Shown: positions 50,583 through 60,267 of the stretch, in pieces
Position numbering within the stretch: position 1 is the stretch's first letter
Layout: every line of letters starts with the position of its first letter
Source of the DNA: an uncultured Wenzhouxiangella sp.
GTDB lineage: Bacteria; Pseudomonadota; Gammaproteobacteria; Xanthomonadales; Wenzhouxiangellaceae
Assembly (NCBI GenBank): GCA_964446675.1
Contig: CAYUPK010000015.1
Coordinates: 14,753 to 78,752 of the forward strand
DNA: 64,000 nt
Direction of reading: 5' to 3'
Notes under the pieces: generated by a model
Seen by the model: only the letters and a program-made list of their open reading frames with translations
Database searches by the model: none
What the model was told of the DNA's origin: nothing
Position numbers and translations under genes: made by a program

Positions 50583-53162
50583 ATGTCTCAGGTCACTGTT
50601 TCACAACTCGCTGACGTATTGGGTGTTGACGCCAAACGCCTGATTTCGCAGCTCAACGAAGCCGGCATCGAGGTTGAAGACTCGAATGCGATGGTGACCA
50701 ATGAAGACAAGATCAAGCTGCTCACGCACCTGCGTACCAGCCACGGCAAGGGCGAGATCGATGACACGACCCAGCCGACCAGGGTGACGCTGACGCGCAA
50801 GAGCGTGAGCGAACTGAAAGTGCCCACCGCCGGTGCCGGCCGCACGCGCTCGCGCGGCGCCGCGCCGTCGCGTACGGTCAATGTGGAAGTGCGCAAGCGC
50901 CGCACCTATGTCAAGCGCGGCGATATCATCGACCAGGAGCGGGACGATCCCGAGCGCGAAGCAGCCGCCAAGGCGCTCGAGGAGGCCAGACTCCAGCGCG
51001 AGGAGGCCGAACGCGCCGAGCGCGAAGAAGCCGAGCGCCGCCAGCGTGAAGCCGAAGAACAGGCTCGCATCGAAGCCGAAGAGCGCGTCAAGCGTGAGGC
51101 CGAGGAAGAAGAGCGGCGCAAGGAAGAGGACCGCCAGCGTGCCGAGGCCGAGGCGCTCAAGAAGGTCGAGGAAAAGGTTGCCCGCCAGGCCGCGCAGAAG
51201 GAAGCCGATCGCAAGGCGGCCAAGACCCGGGGTGCCAAGCCTGATGCCGGCACCCGCTACGGCCGTGAAGAACTCCACATCGCGCCCAAGTCCAAGCGCC
51301 GCAAGCCCAAGCGCAAGGGCGGCGCCCGGGCGGCCCGCGTGGCGAGCAGCGTCAGTGGCGAGCACGGTTTCCAGAAGCCGACCGCGCCGGTCAAGCGTGA
51401 GATCGAGGTTCCTGAAACAATCACGGTGGGCGACCTGGCCAGGCTGATGGCCGTCAAGGCCGGTGACCTGATCAAGGTGCTGATGAACATGGGCACCATG
51501 GTCACCATCAACCAGCCGCTCGATCAGGACACTGCGATTCTTGTTGTCGATGAGATGGGTCATACCGCCCGTGTGGCCGAGGACAAGGATATCGAACAGC
51601 AGCTCGTGGCCGAGGAAGAAGAAGTGGTGGACGAGGCCGATCTGGTCTCGCGGCCTCCGGTCGTTACCGTCATGGGGCACGTTGACCACGGCAAGACCTC
51701 GCTGCTCGACTACATTCGCCGGGCCAAGGTGGCGTCTGGCGAGCACGGCGGCATCACCCAGCACATTGGCGCCTATCACGTGGAGACCGACAATGGCGTG
51801 GTGACCTTCCTGGATACGCCGGGCCATGCGGCGTTCACGTCCATGCGTGCCCGCGGCGCCCAGGCGACCGACATCGTCATTCTGGTGGTCGCTGCCGACG
51901 ACGGTGTGATGCCACAGACAAAGGAAGCCATTCAGCACGCGCGCGCCGCCGGCGTGCCGCTGATCGTGGCCATCAACAAGATGGACAAGCCCGAGGCCGA
52001 TCCCGACCGCGTCAAGTCGGAACTGGCCGCCGAGGAAGTCGTTCCCGAGGACTGGGGTGGCGAGGAGATCTTCGTGCCGGTCTCGGCGATGACCGGCGAC
52101 GGCATCGACAGTCTGCTCGATTCGGTGCTGCTGCAGTCCGAAGTGCTCGAACTCAAGGCCAACCCGGCGCGTCGCTGCCGCGGGGTGGTGGTCGAGTCCT
52201 CGCTGGACAAGGGCCGCGGTCCGATTGCGACCATCCTGGTTCAGGACGGCACGCTGCGTCGCGGCGACATCATTCTGGCCGGCGAAGAGTTCGGCCGCGT
52301 TCGCGCCATGTTCAACGAGGCCGGGCAGCCCATCGACGAGGCCGGGCCTTCGATTCCGGCCGAGGTGCTCGGTCTTTCGGGCGTGCCGAATGCCGGCGAC
52401 GACGTGCTGGCAGTGACCGACGAGAAGAAGGCGCGCGAAGCCGCCGAGCAGCGCAAGCAGTCCGCGCGCGAAGGTCGTCTGGCCGAAAAACAGGCCGCCA
52501 AGCTGCAAAGCCTGTTCGAGAACATGGGCGAAAGCAGCGAAGAGCAGCAGAACGTCAACCTGGTCATCAAGGCCGACGTTCAGGGTTCGGTCGAAGCGTT
52601 GAGCGATTCGCTCACCCGCCTGTCCAATGAAGAGGTCAAGGTCAACGTCATTGCCTCGGGTGTGGGCGGCATCACCGAGTCCGATGCCAGCCTGGCGCAG
52701 GCTTCGGGCGCGATCATCATCGGCTTCAACGTGCGTGCCGACGCTTCGGCGCGCAAGATCATCCAGGAAGCCGATCTCGACCTGAACTATTACAGCGTCA
52801 TCTACGATGCCATCGACGATGTCAAAAAAGCCATCTCCGGCCTGCTCGGCACCGAAACCAGAGAAGAGATCATCGGCCTGGCCGAGGTCAAGGATGTGTT
52901 CCGCTCATCCAAGATTGGTGCGGTTGCCGGCTGCCTGGTCGTCGAAGGCGTGGTCCGGCGTGCCAACCCGATTCGCGTGCTGCGCGACAACGTCGTCATC
53001 TTCGAGGGCGAGCTCGAATCGTTGCGTCGCTTCAAGGACGATGTCAGCGAAGTACAGGCCGGCACCGAGTGCGGTATTGGCGTCAAGCAGTACAACGATA
53101 TCAAGCCGGGCGACCAGATCGAGTGCTTCGAGCGCGTTGAAGTGCAGCGCACGCTGGATTGA
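50583..53162 (+). CDS. infB: Translation initiation factor IF-2
   Basis: 859 aa with an E/R/A-rich N-terminal region and a GTPase domain ([23 protein letters not shown]). Confidence 0.97.
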   Translation: MSQVTVSQLADVLGVDAKRLISQLNEAGIEVEDSNAMVTNEDKIKLLTHLRTSHGKGEIDDTTQPTRVTLTRKSVSELKVPTAGAGRTRSRGAAPSRTVNVEVRKRRTYVKRGDIIDQERDDPEREAAAKALEEARLQREEAERAEREEAERRQREAEEQARIEAEERVKREAEEEERRKEEDRQRAEAEALKKVEEKVARQAAQKEADRKAAKTRGAKPDAGTRYGREELHIAPKSKRRKPKRKGGARAARVASSVSGEHGFQKPTAPVKREIEVPETITVGDLARLMAVKAGDLIKVLMNMGTMVTINQPLDQDTAILVVDEMGHTARVAEDKDIEQQLVAEEEEVVDEADLVSRPPVVTVMGHVDHGKTSLLDYIRRAKVASGEHGGITQHIGAYHVETDNGVVTFLDTPGHAAFTSMRARGAQATDIVILVVAADDGVMPQTKEAIQHARAAGVPLIVAINKMDKPEADPDRVKSELAAEEVVPEDWGGEEIFVPVSAMTGDGIDSLLDSVLLQSEVLELKANPARRCRGVVVESSLDKGRGPIATILVQDGTLRRGDIILAGEEFGRVRAMFNEAGQPIDEAGPSIPAEVLGLSGVPNAGDDVLAVTDEKKAREAAEQRKQSAREGRLAEKQAAKLQSLFENMGESSEEQQNVNLVIKADVQGSVEALSDSLTRLSNEEVKVNVIASGVGGITESDASLAQASGAIIIGFNVRADASARKIIQEADLDLNYYSVIYDAIDDVKKAISGLLGTETREEIIGLAEVKDVFRSSKIGAVAGCLVVEGVVRRANPIRVLRDNVVIFEGELESLRRFKDDVSEVQAGTECGIGVKQYNDIKPGDQIECFERVEVQRTLD

Positions 53163-53509
53163 TGCGCGGCCCCCGATCAGAACGTGTCGCCGGCCTGCTG
53201 CGGCGCGAGCTGGCTGATATCCTGCACAGCCAGTTCGAGTACGAGATTCCGCGCGGGCTGATCAGCGTCACCGATGTCGAGGTTGCGCGCGATATCTCTC
53301 ATGCCAAGGTGTTCCTGGCCGTGCTCGAGATCGAGCAGGCGCCGGAGATCATCGCGTTTCTCAACGAGCAGGCTGGCCGGGTTCGCCACGAACTGGGCAA
53401 GCGCGTCCAGCTCCGCCACACGCCCGAGCTGAAGTTTCTGCACGACGCCTCGTCGGAAGCTGGCGACCGCATCGAGCGGCTTCTGGCGTCGGCGAAGAAG
53501 AAGAGCTGA
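53162..53509 (+). CDS. rbfA: Ribosome-binding factor A
   Basis: RSERVAGLLRRELADIL...VTDVEVARDISHAKVF...LRHTPELKFLHD. Its ATG shares one nucleotide with the infB stop. Confidence 0.92.
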   Translation: MRGPRSERVAGLLRRELADILHSQFEYEIPRGLISVTDVEVARDISHAKVFLAVLEIEQAPEIIAFLNEQAGRVRHELGKRVQLRHTPELKFLHDASSEAGDRIERLLASAKKKS

Positions 53510-53616
53510 GTTTCTGCAACCGCGGATTTTGCGGCCTTGCGCAGATTCTGCTCCCACTTTCAATGATGATCGGTGCTCACCTTGATCCAGAATGATCTGC
53601 GTCAATCTGCAGTTTC

Positions 53617-54519
53617 ATGTCTCTCATGAACGACCAGCAGACAATTGATGGCATTCTTCTGCTCGACAAGCCCGCCGGCATGACCTCCAATGCCGCGCTG
53701 GGGCGCGCCAAGCGAATCATCGGCATCAAGAAGGCCGGTCACACCGGCACGCTCGATCCCATGGCTTCGGGCCTGCTGGTGCTTTGCTTTGGCCAGGCCA
53801 CCAAAGTGGCCGGCTTTCTGCTCGCCGCCGACAAGACTTATCTGGCCGAAGTGCGTCTTGGTATAACCACCGACAGCGAGGATGCCGAAGGCACAGTGCT
53901 CGAGCGCCGGGCAGTGCCCGCGCTCGATAGCGCGTCAATCGAGGCCGTTCTAGAAAACTTTCGCGGTCCCATAGAGCAGGTTCCGCCCATGCACTCGGCG
54001 CTCAAGCACAAGGGTCAGCGGCTCTACGAGCTGGCGCGCAGGGGCGAGATCGTGGAACGGCCGGCGCGCCCGGTGGTCATCCACGAGCTCGAGCTGCTTG
54101 ACCATGAGCGCGACACGCTGCGCCTGAAGGTTCACTGCAGCAAGGGCACCTACATTCGATCACTGGCGCGCGATATCGGCGCGCTGCTGGGTTGTGGTGC
54201 CCACCTGTCCGGGTTGCGTCGGACGGCGAGCGCACCGTTCGATATTCGTGACGCGATCGAACTGGAGGCGCTGGAATCGTTGGCAGGCGGCGAGGCGCGC
54301 GCGCTGCTGACACCGCCTGATCACGCTCTGCAGCACCTGCCTGCCGTCAAGCTCGATGAGCAGCAGGCCCGACGAATCGTTCACGGCCAGCGGCTGGCGA
54401 GCCTGCCGCTGGCCCACGCCGGCCAGGTGCGCATTTACGGCCCGACCGCCTTTGTCGGGATCGGCGCGATGGACGGCGAGGGTCGGCTCAAGCCGGTGCG
54501 GCTGTTTACTGGCGGCTGA
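53617..54519 (+). CDS. truB: tRNA pseudouridine(55) synthase
   Basis: GILLLDKPAGMTSN...GHTGTLDPMASGLLVLCFGQATK. Confidence 0.95.
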   Translation: MSLMNDQQTIDGILLLDKPAGMTSNAALGRAKRIIGIKKAGHTGTLDPMASGLLVLCFGQATKVAGFLLAADKTYLAEVRLGITTDSEDAEGTVLERRAVPALDSASIEAVLENFRGPIEQVPPMHSALKHKGQRLYELARRGEIVERPARPVVIHELELLDHERDTLRLKVHCSKGTYIRSLARDIGALLGCGAHLSGLRRTASAPFDIRDAIELEALESLAGGEARALLTPPDHALQHLPAVKLDEQQARRIVHGQRLASLPLAHAGQVRIYGPTAFVGIGAMDGEGRLKPVRLFTGG

Positions 54520-54559
54520 GCCTTCCGCCGGCCTCAACCACCCGCTTCATTCACCCGCT

Positions 54560-55369
54560 TCATTCACGATCGTAGCGTTCCAGGCTGGGGTCGTTGGGGG
54601 GCTGCTTGGGCTGCTGAAAGACCTCTTCGGCAATCACGCTAAGACTCTTCATGCCCATCAAGCGGCGCACGTCGCCATTTTCGCTCTTGAAGAAGATGGC
54701 TGGCGTGGCCTGGGCACCCAGCTCGTTCATGAGCTGGTGATGAGCCAGCAGGCGCTGCTGGAGCGACTGCGGAATCGGATCCATGGGGGCAATGCCGCCG
54801 TTGCTCTGTTCATGGTCTGCCAGCGCCGCGGCGGGATCGTCTGCCGCCAGGATGGCCGCCGACTTGTTGGTGCTGTCGGGCCGAATGACACCCACCATGA
54901 TGTGCCGAAGCTGGGCCTGATCGCCGACATAAGGGCGCGATGCGCGCCAGAATGCGCTGCAGTAGGGGCAGTTGGGGTCGGTGAAGACGTAGACGACGCG
55001 TTCGGCGTCGGCGGAGCCTTCCCGGATCCACTCGGCGTTTTCCAGCTTTGCCCAGGCGGCGTCGAGATCCGGCTGCGGGGCATGCTCGGCGATGTGGCGC
55101 TCGGTCAGGTTGTTGCCGTCGCCGTCGATCATCTGCCCGACGATCACGCGGTCGCCTTCGGCCGTGGCATAGGCCACGATCGACTGGCCATTCGTCTGCC
55201 CGACGAAGCCGCGCAGACCTTCGGGTGCGTCGAACTCGCCATCGATCTGCAGTCCTCTGGATTCCAGCGCGCGCAGAGCGCTTGGCCAGTCGTCGGCGGC
55301 GCGGCTGACATGGAACACCAGCAGCGCCGATGCGATGATCAGCAGCGATAGCGAAATTCCGATCCTCAT
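54560..55369 (-). CDS. DsbC/DsbG-family thiol:disulfide interchange protein
   Basis: Signal peptide and FTDPNCPYCSAFW (a CxxC thioredoxin fold). The ORF is open to TTG at 55375, and the first ATG is at 55369. Confidence 0.8.
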   Translation of the reverse strand: MRIGISLSLLIIASALLVFHVSRAADDWPSALRALESRGLQIDGEFDAPEGLRGFVGQTNGQSIVAYATAEGDRVIVGQMIDGDGNNLTERHIAEHAPQPDLDAAWAKLENAEWIREGSADAERVVYVFTDPNCPYCSAFWRASRPYVGDQAQLRHIMVGVIRPDSTNKSAAILAADDPAAALADHEQSNGGIAPMDPIPQSLQQRLLAHHQLMNELGAQATPAIFFKSENGDVRRLMGMKSLSVIAEEVFQQPKQPPNDPSLERYDRE

Positions 55370-55560
55370 GATCAACTCCTTCTCTGGTTTGCATTCATGG
55401 TTATTGTTTGCCCTGACGTGCTGTCGGGAACTTCAGTCACTTCCAATACGCAGCGTCTGCCGGCCCGAATGGCAAGCCATGTCTCCGGTTGACATCCTAC
55501 GCCGCTACGATTAAGACAGAATTAACGCCCGCGCGAGTTTTTCCGGAACAGGATCGTTGA

Positions 55561-56226
55561 ATGCATGTCCTGCTGATTGAAGATGATCCGCTGGTCGGTG
55601 AGGGGATTGAAACGGGCCTCGGGCTCAAGGGGATTGCCGTCACCTGGCTGCGCGACGGTAACGAAGGCCGGCGCGGGCTCGAGCAGTCCGGTTTTGATGC
55701 CGTCATTCTGGACCTGGCTCTTCCGGGCTGCTCCGGACTGGAGCTCCTGCGCCGATTCCGATCACAAGGAGGCGATCAGCCGGTTGTCATCCTGACCGCC
55801 TTCGATGACGTCCAGGAGCGGATTGCCGGCCTCGATTGCGGCGCGGACGACTATGTCACCAAACCTTTCGACCTCGAAGAACTGGCGGCCCGGCTGCGCG
55901 CCGTCCAGCGTCGATCCGGCGGCCATTCCGCCAATGAAATCAGCCACGGCGCGCTGGTTTTCGATCCGATCGAACAGCGCGCCACGCTCGACGGCATTTG
56001 CATCGACCTGTCGCGCCGCGAGGCTGCGCTGCTGCACCTGCTGCTCGACAACCGCGGGCGGGTGGTCAGCTTCGAGAAAATCCAGAGTTGGCTCTACGGC
56101 TGGGGCGAGGGTGTCGAGAGCAATGCCGTCACGGTTCACATTCACAATCTCAGGCGCAAGCTGGGACGTGACCTGATCGAGAATGTTCGGGGCCTGGGCT
56201 ACCGCATTCCCGGGGAGTGGGCCTGA
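55561..56226 (+). CDS. OmpR-family response regulator (QseB/PmrA-like)
   Basis: Receiver domain (LLIEDD, ILDLALPG, KPF) plus a winged-helix output domain (VHIHNLRRKL...RGLGYRI). Confidence 0.9.
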   Translation: MHVLLIEDDPLVGEGIETGLGLKGIAVTWLRDGNEGRRGLEQSGFDAVILDLALPGCSGLELLRRFRSQGGDQPVVILTAFDDVQERIAGLDCGADDYVTKPFDLEELAARLRAVQRRSGGHSANEISHGALVFDPIEQRATLDGICIDLSRREAALLHLLLDNRGRVVSFEKIQSWLYGWGEGVESNAVTVHIHNLRRKLGRDLIENVRGLGYRIPGEWA

Positions 56227-57578
56227 TGTCGCTGCGAAAACGTCTGCTCATCGGCATCGTGACGATGCTGGCGGTTCTGTGGATCGCAGCGATGGGCTGG
56301 TTTCTGGTGCATGTGCGCGCCGAGCTGCAGCAGGTGCTCGACGTCCGTCTGGCCTCGTCGGCCAGAATGGTCCAGGGGCTGCTATCCCGCGGTCAGTTCG
56401 AATTGAGCGAGCGCGGCATGTCCTGCCCGGTGATCAGCGCGGAGACCGGCAGCGGGGTTCTGCCCTCGCAGTTGACCTGCCAGCTCTGGAGCCTGGAAGG
56501 TGACGTATTGAGCACTTCCGGGGATGCGCCGCCCCTGATCGACGAGCCGCACGAAGACGGATTCAGCGACCGCCTGGTCGATGGTGAAATGTGGCGCGTA
56601 TTCACCCTGACCGACGAGATCAGCGGCGTGCGGCTGGCTACGGCCGAACGCCAGGCGCTGCGATCGGAGCTGGTGCGTGATGCGGCCCTGGCGGTCTCGC
56701 TGCCCTTCATGCTCGTGCTTCCAGGCATGGTCCTTCTGGTCTGGGTCGGGGTGGGCCGCGGGCTGGCGCCACTGAAGCAGTTGCGAGAGTCGATCAGGCA
56801 CCGTCACGCCAATGCGCTCGACGCGCTGCCGCAAGATGGTGCACCGCCGGAGGTCGAGCCGCTGGTGGCGGCCCTCAACCGCCTGTTCGAGCGGCTTCGC
56901 TCGTCGATCGAGCGCGAGCGCCGTTTTCACGGTGATGCCGCACACGAGCTCCGGACGCCGCTGGCCGGCGTCAAGACGCAACTGCAGGTGGCGCAGGCCG
57001 CAGAAGGCGAAACACGCTCGCGCGCGCTTGCCCGGGCCGAGCTCGGTCTTGACCGCATGAGCCGGTTGGTCGAGCAGATGCTCACGCTTGCGCGCGTCGA
57101 TTCCGACACCGGCTCCGCCGCCCGGAGTCATCGTGCCGATGCAGCCAGGGTGATGGCCGACGTCGAGCGCGAGCTCTCGTTTCTCATGCGGGCGCGGGGC
57201 GTGAGTCTGACAATATCCGGGCCGTCGCGCTCGATGTCTGCAGACATGCCGATCGAGCTCCTGCATGTGGCCCTGCGCAATCTGGTGGAAAACGCGATTC
57301 AGCACAGCCCGCAGGGCGGGCGGGTGAGCTGTGACATTCAGGCCGGCGAAGACGCGGTCGTCATCCGTATCCTCGATCAGGGGCCGGGCATTGCGCCGGA
57401 GGAGCTGGGCGCGGTCACGCAGCGCTTTCACCGGGCCGGCGATCAGGGTTCGGGCAGCGGCCTGGGGCTTTCGATCGTGGTGGCGGTCTGCGAGCGCTTC
57501 GGCGCGCGCCTGGAGCTGGCCAACCGGCAGGATCGAAGCGGCCTGTCCGCGCGCCTGATCATTCCGGCTGTCGCTTGA
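56226..57578 (+). CDS. Sensor histidine kinase (QseC/PmrB-like)
   Basis: Two TM segments, HAMP, the H-box AAHELRTPLAG and an HATPase domain (NLVENAIQHSP, DQGPGI, GSGLGLSIV). Its ATG overlaps the response-regulator stop. Confidence 0.9.
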   Translation: MSLRKRLLIGIVTMLAVLWIAAMGWFLVHVRAELQQVLDVRLASSARMVQGLLSRGQFELSERGMSCPVISAETGSGVLPSQLTCQLWSLEGDVLSTSGDAPPLIDEPHEDGFSDRLVDGEMWRVFTLTDEISGVRLATAERQALRSELVRDAALAVSLPFMLVLPGMVLLVWVGVGRGLAPLKQLRESIRHRHANALDALPQDGAPPEVEPLVAALNRLFERLRSSIERERRFHGDAAHELRTPLAGVKTQLQVAQAAEGETRSRALARAELGLDRMSRLVEQMLTLARVDSDTGSAARSHRADAARVMADVERELSFLMRARGVSLTISGPSRSMSADMPIELLHVALRNLVENAIQHSPQGGRVSCDIQAGEDAVVIRILDQGPGIAPEELGAVTQRFHRAGDQGSGSGLGLSIVVAVCERFGARLELANRQDRSGLSARLIIPAVA

Positions 57579-57642
57579 GCGCAAATCTAGCGCGTGCCGC
57601 AGCGGCGAGGGCTTCCAGCTAGCCTGGGAAGAAGGCCGCTTC

Positions 57643-57927
57643 GTGCTCACCTTCTACGGCTATCACGACGGTCGCCAGATCTGGCTGCTCGGCGTGGGCG
57701 ATCGCTTTGGCGACACGCTGATCTTCCCCGATGTCAACATCACCCGCGGCGCCGACTTCGGTGGACGCTTCCGGGCCGAGGAGGTCGAAGTTGAATTCTT
57801 CGGCGCCATCGAGATGACGATCGAGGACTGCAACAACGCCACGATCCGGGTCGAATCGGCCTTGCCGGAATTCGAAGACCAAAAGCTCGATGTTGACAAG
57901 ATCGTGATCGGAAGCTGCGGCAGCTGA
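57643..57927 (+). CDS. Hypothetical small protein or remnant (GTG start, 94 aa)
   Basis: Acidic with coding-like composition. The reading frame stays open upstream into the kinase 3' end, with no ATG. It may be a truncated gene. Confidence 0.35.
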   Translation: MLTFYGYHDGRQIWLLGVGDRFGDTLIFPDVNITRGADFGGRFRAEEVEVEFFGAIEMTIEDCNNATIRVESALPEFEDQKLDVDKIVIGSCGS

Positions 57928-57966
57928 CGATTGCTTCTGCTCCGCCCGGGCGGCTTCCGGGCGGGG

Positions 57967-58797
57967 CTATTCTCCGGCCTGGATCTTTCCGGCCACGCGC
58001 GCCTTGATGCCTTCGCTGACATGCGGCTCGATAGCTGCGCGCATGGCCGTGATCAGCTTGAAAGGCGCAGCCAGGATGTGGCCGGAGGCCAGCCACTGAT
58101 CGCCGCCGGTGACGTCCATGACCACGCCGCCGGCTTCCTGTACCAGAAGGGCGCCTGCGGCGATGTCCCAGGGCTTGAGGTTCAGCTCCCAGTAGCCGTC
58201 GAGTCGTCCGCAGGCGACGTAGGCCAGGTCCAGCGAAGCCGTACCGGCGCGACGGATGTCCTCGACCTTGTCGAAGACCGAGTCGAACATCGCCCTATAG
58301 GCTTCCATCAGGCGTCGCTGACGAAACGGAAAGGCGGTGGCCACCACTGCCTTGGACAGCTCCTTGCGGCCCGACACGCGCATGCGCTGGCTGTTGAGAA
58401 AGGCGCCCTGGCCGCGGCTGGCCGTAAACATCTCGTCGCGCAGCGGTTCATAGACCACCCCGGCTTCGATGCGGCCCTTGATCTGCAGGGCGATGGAAAT
58501 GGCGAAGTGCGGGATGCCGCGCAGGTAGTTGCTGGTGCCGTCGATGGGGTCGATGATCCAGACGTGGTCACTCTCGCCCGTGAGCCCGCCTTCCTCGCCC
58601 AGAATTGCGTGGTCGCGGTGATACCTGCCGATATAGTCGCGAATGGCCTGCTCGCACACGCGATCGACCTCGCTGACGTAGTCGTGCCGGGCCTTGCGCT
58701 CGACCGGAATGCCCTCCAGACGCGAGCGATAGCGAAGGGCGATATCGCCGGCTTGGCGAGCGGCCTCCGTGGCGATGTTGAGATGCGGGTTGGACAT
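57967..58797 (-). CDS. suhB: Inositol monophosphatase family protein
   Basis: ILGEEGG, WIIDPIDGTSNY and WDIAAG. Divergent from trmJ, as in E. coli. Confidence 0.92.
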   Translation of the reverse strand: MSNPHLNIATEAARQAGDIALRYRSRLEGIPVERKARHDYVSEVDRVCEQAIRDYIGRYHRDHAILGEEGGLTGESDHVWIIDPIDGTSNYLRGIPHFAISIALQIKGRIEAGVVYEPLRDEMFTASRGQGAFLNSQRMRVSGRKELSKAVVATAFPFRQRRLMEAYRAMFDSVFDKVEDIRRAGTASLDLAYVACGRLDGYWELNLKPWDIAAGALLVQEAGGVVMDVTGGDQWLASGHILAAPFKLITAMRAAIEPHVSEGIKARVAGKIQAGE

Positions 58798-58915
58798 TGC
58801 AAAACGCAGGTTGAGGGGCCAAGCCCACAAGGATAAAGGATTATTGCCGCTCTGCGGTTCTGCGTGGTTAAAGTTGCTCCGGATTCGCCGACGCCTTCAC
58901 GGGTAAAATGTCGCC

Positions 58916-59668
58916 ATGAGTGATCCAGCGAGCAATATCCGGGTCGTGTTGGTGGGCACCACGCATCCGGGCAATATCGGCGCGGCGGCGCGGGCAATGA
59001 AAGTGATGGGGCTCGAGCGCCTGTTCCTGGTCTCGCCGTCGGGCTTTCCCTCGAAGGAAGCGACGGCTCGGGCCGCGCACGCTGACGATCTTCTGGCCGG
59101 AGCCGTGGTCGTTGACGATTTCATGCAGGCAATTTCCGGCTGCCCGCTGGTACTGGGGGCTTCAGGCAAACCGTGGTCGCTGCCGCAACCGGTGATCGAC
59201 CCGCGAACCGCGGCGTCCCGGGCCGCCACCGAGGCCGGTCGGCACGAGGTGGCCCTGGTTTTCGGGCGGGAGAAGACCGGCCTGCACATTGACGAAATCA
59301 AGCGCTGTCACGCGCTGGTCAGTATCCCCACCAGCGAACGCTACGGCTCGCTCAACCTGGCCCAGGCCGTACAGATTCTGGCCTATGAGGTTCACTTGGC
59401 GATGCTCGGTGACCGGCCGGGCGAGATTCCCCCCTCGGACTGGAGCCCGGTCGAGCCCGGGCGCATGGAAGTTTTCTTCCAGCGCCTGGAGGAGTCGCTG
59501 ATCGCCATTCGCTTTCTCAACCCGCACCAGCCCAAGCGCCTGATGCAGCGCCTGCGCCGGCTCTACCTGCGTGCACGGCCCGACGACAACGAACTCAATA
59601 TCCTCAACGGCATCGTCTCCCGCACCCTGCACATCGCTCGTGAACGATCGAACGAAGACAGTCGCTGA
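58916..59668 (+). CDS. trmJ: tRNA (cytidine/uridine-2'-O)-methyltransferase TrmJ
   Basis: IRVVLVGTTHPGNIGAAARAMKVMG...LVFGREKTGL...SLNLAQAVQILAYE (SpoU/TrmH class). Confidence 0.9.
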   Translation: MSDPASNIRVVLVGTTHPGNIGAAARAMKVMGLERLFLVSPSGFPSKEATARAAHADDLLAGAVVVDDFMQAISGCPLVLGASGKPWSLPQPVIDPRTAASRAATEAGRHEVALVFGREKTGLHIDEIKRCHALVSIPTSERYGSLNLAQAVQILAYEVHLAMLGDRPGEIPPSDWSPVEPGRMEVFFQRLEESLIAIRFLNPHQPKRLMQRLRRLYLRARPDDNELNILNGIVSRTLHIARERSNEDSR

Positions 59669-60020
59669 TCCCGCCGGCCAGGACAACCGCTACCAGCGTA
59701 TCTGGGAGGCGGTCGCCGGCATACCGGTTGGCTGCGTGCTCAATTACGGTGAGGTGGCCCGCCGTGCCGGCCTGCCGGGCAAGGCCCGCCTGGTCGGTCG
59801 CGCACTCGGTCGCGCACCGAAAAGGATGGCGCTGCCTTGGCACCGCGTCGTCAATGCGCAGGGGAGAATCAGCTTTCCCGAAGGCAGCGGCAAGGGCGTC
59901 GAGCAACGCCGCCGTCTGGAAGAGGAGGGCGTCGAATTCGAAAACGACGCCATCGATCTCGATCGATTCAGCCCCGAGCGCGCGCTCGACCGCATGCTGT
60001 GGGGGCCGGGGAGGGAGTAG
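59640..60020 (+). CDS. Alkyltransferase-like (ATL/YbaZ-type) DNA-binding protein
   Basis: VLNYGEVARRAGLPGKARLVGRAL...LPWHRVVNAQGRISF. PWHRV replaces the PCHRV active site. I chose the GTG at 59640, and the start is uncertain. Confidence 0.75.
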   Translation: MNDRTKTVADPAGQDNRYQRIWEAVAGIPVGCVLNYGEVARRAGLPGKARLVGRALGRAPKRMALPWHRVVNAQGRISFPEGSGKGVEQRRRLEEEGVEFENDAIDLDRFSPERALDRMLWGPGRE

Positions 60021-60199
60021 GGGCGTTTCAATGATCTTGCGCTGGATCAGCGCGCTAACATGCGACGGGGTGCACTAACGTCAGCGACCCCGCCGCGACC
60101 CGCGCGGTAGTACTCCTGCTCGCGATGACCCTCGTCGGGGTTGCTTGCGGCGGGCTGAGGCTCTTCACGCTTTTCTTGAGTGAATCCGGCTTGCCGAAT

Positions 60200-60236
60200 G
60201 ACTGCGGCCGGTCATGAACCGGCCGCAGTCGTTTTT
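60200..60236 (+). terminator. Strong plus-strand rho-independent terminator
   Basis: GACTGCGGCCGG-TCATGAA-CCGGCCGCAGTC is a perfect 12-bp stem followed by GTTTTT. Confidence 0.8.
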
Positions 60237-60267
60237 CGCAATTGCCGTGCTGTGTCCCGCTTTTTGG

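Noticed and set aside
54539-54564. Tandem duplication CACCCGCTTCATT x2 spanning the dsbG-like stop codon.
   Set aside because: It is a real 13-bp duplication, but it only adds a second in-frame stop downstream. It is most simply a slippage scar with no evident function.
60125-60217. 30-codon hydrophobic ORF (MTLVGVACGGLRLFTLFLSESGLPNDCGRS) ending in the terminator loop, a possible small toxin or leader peptide.
   Set aside because: It has no Shine-Dalgarno sequence and no recognisable family, and ORFs of this size arise by chance at this GC content.
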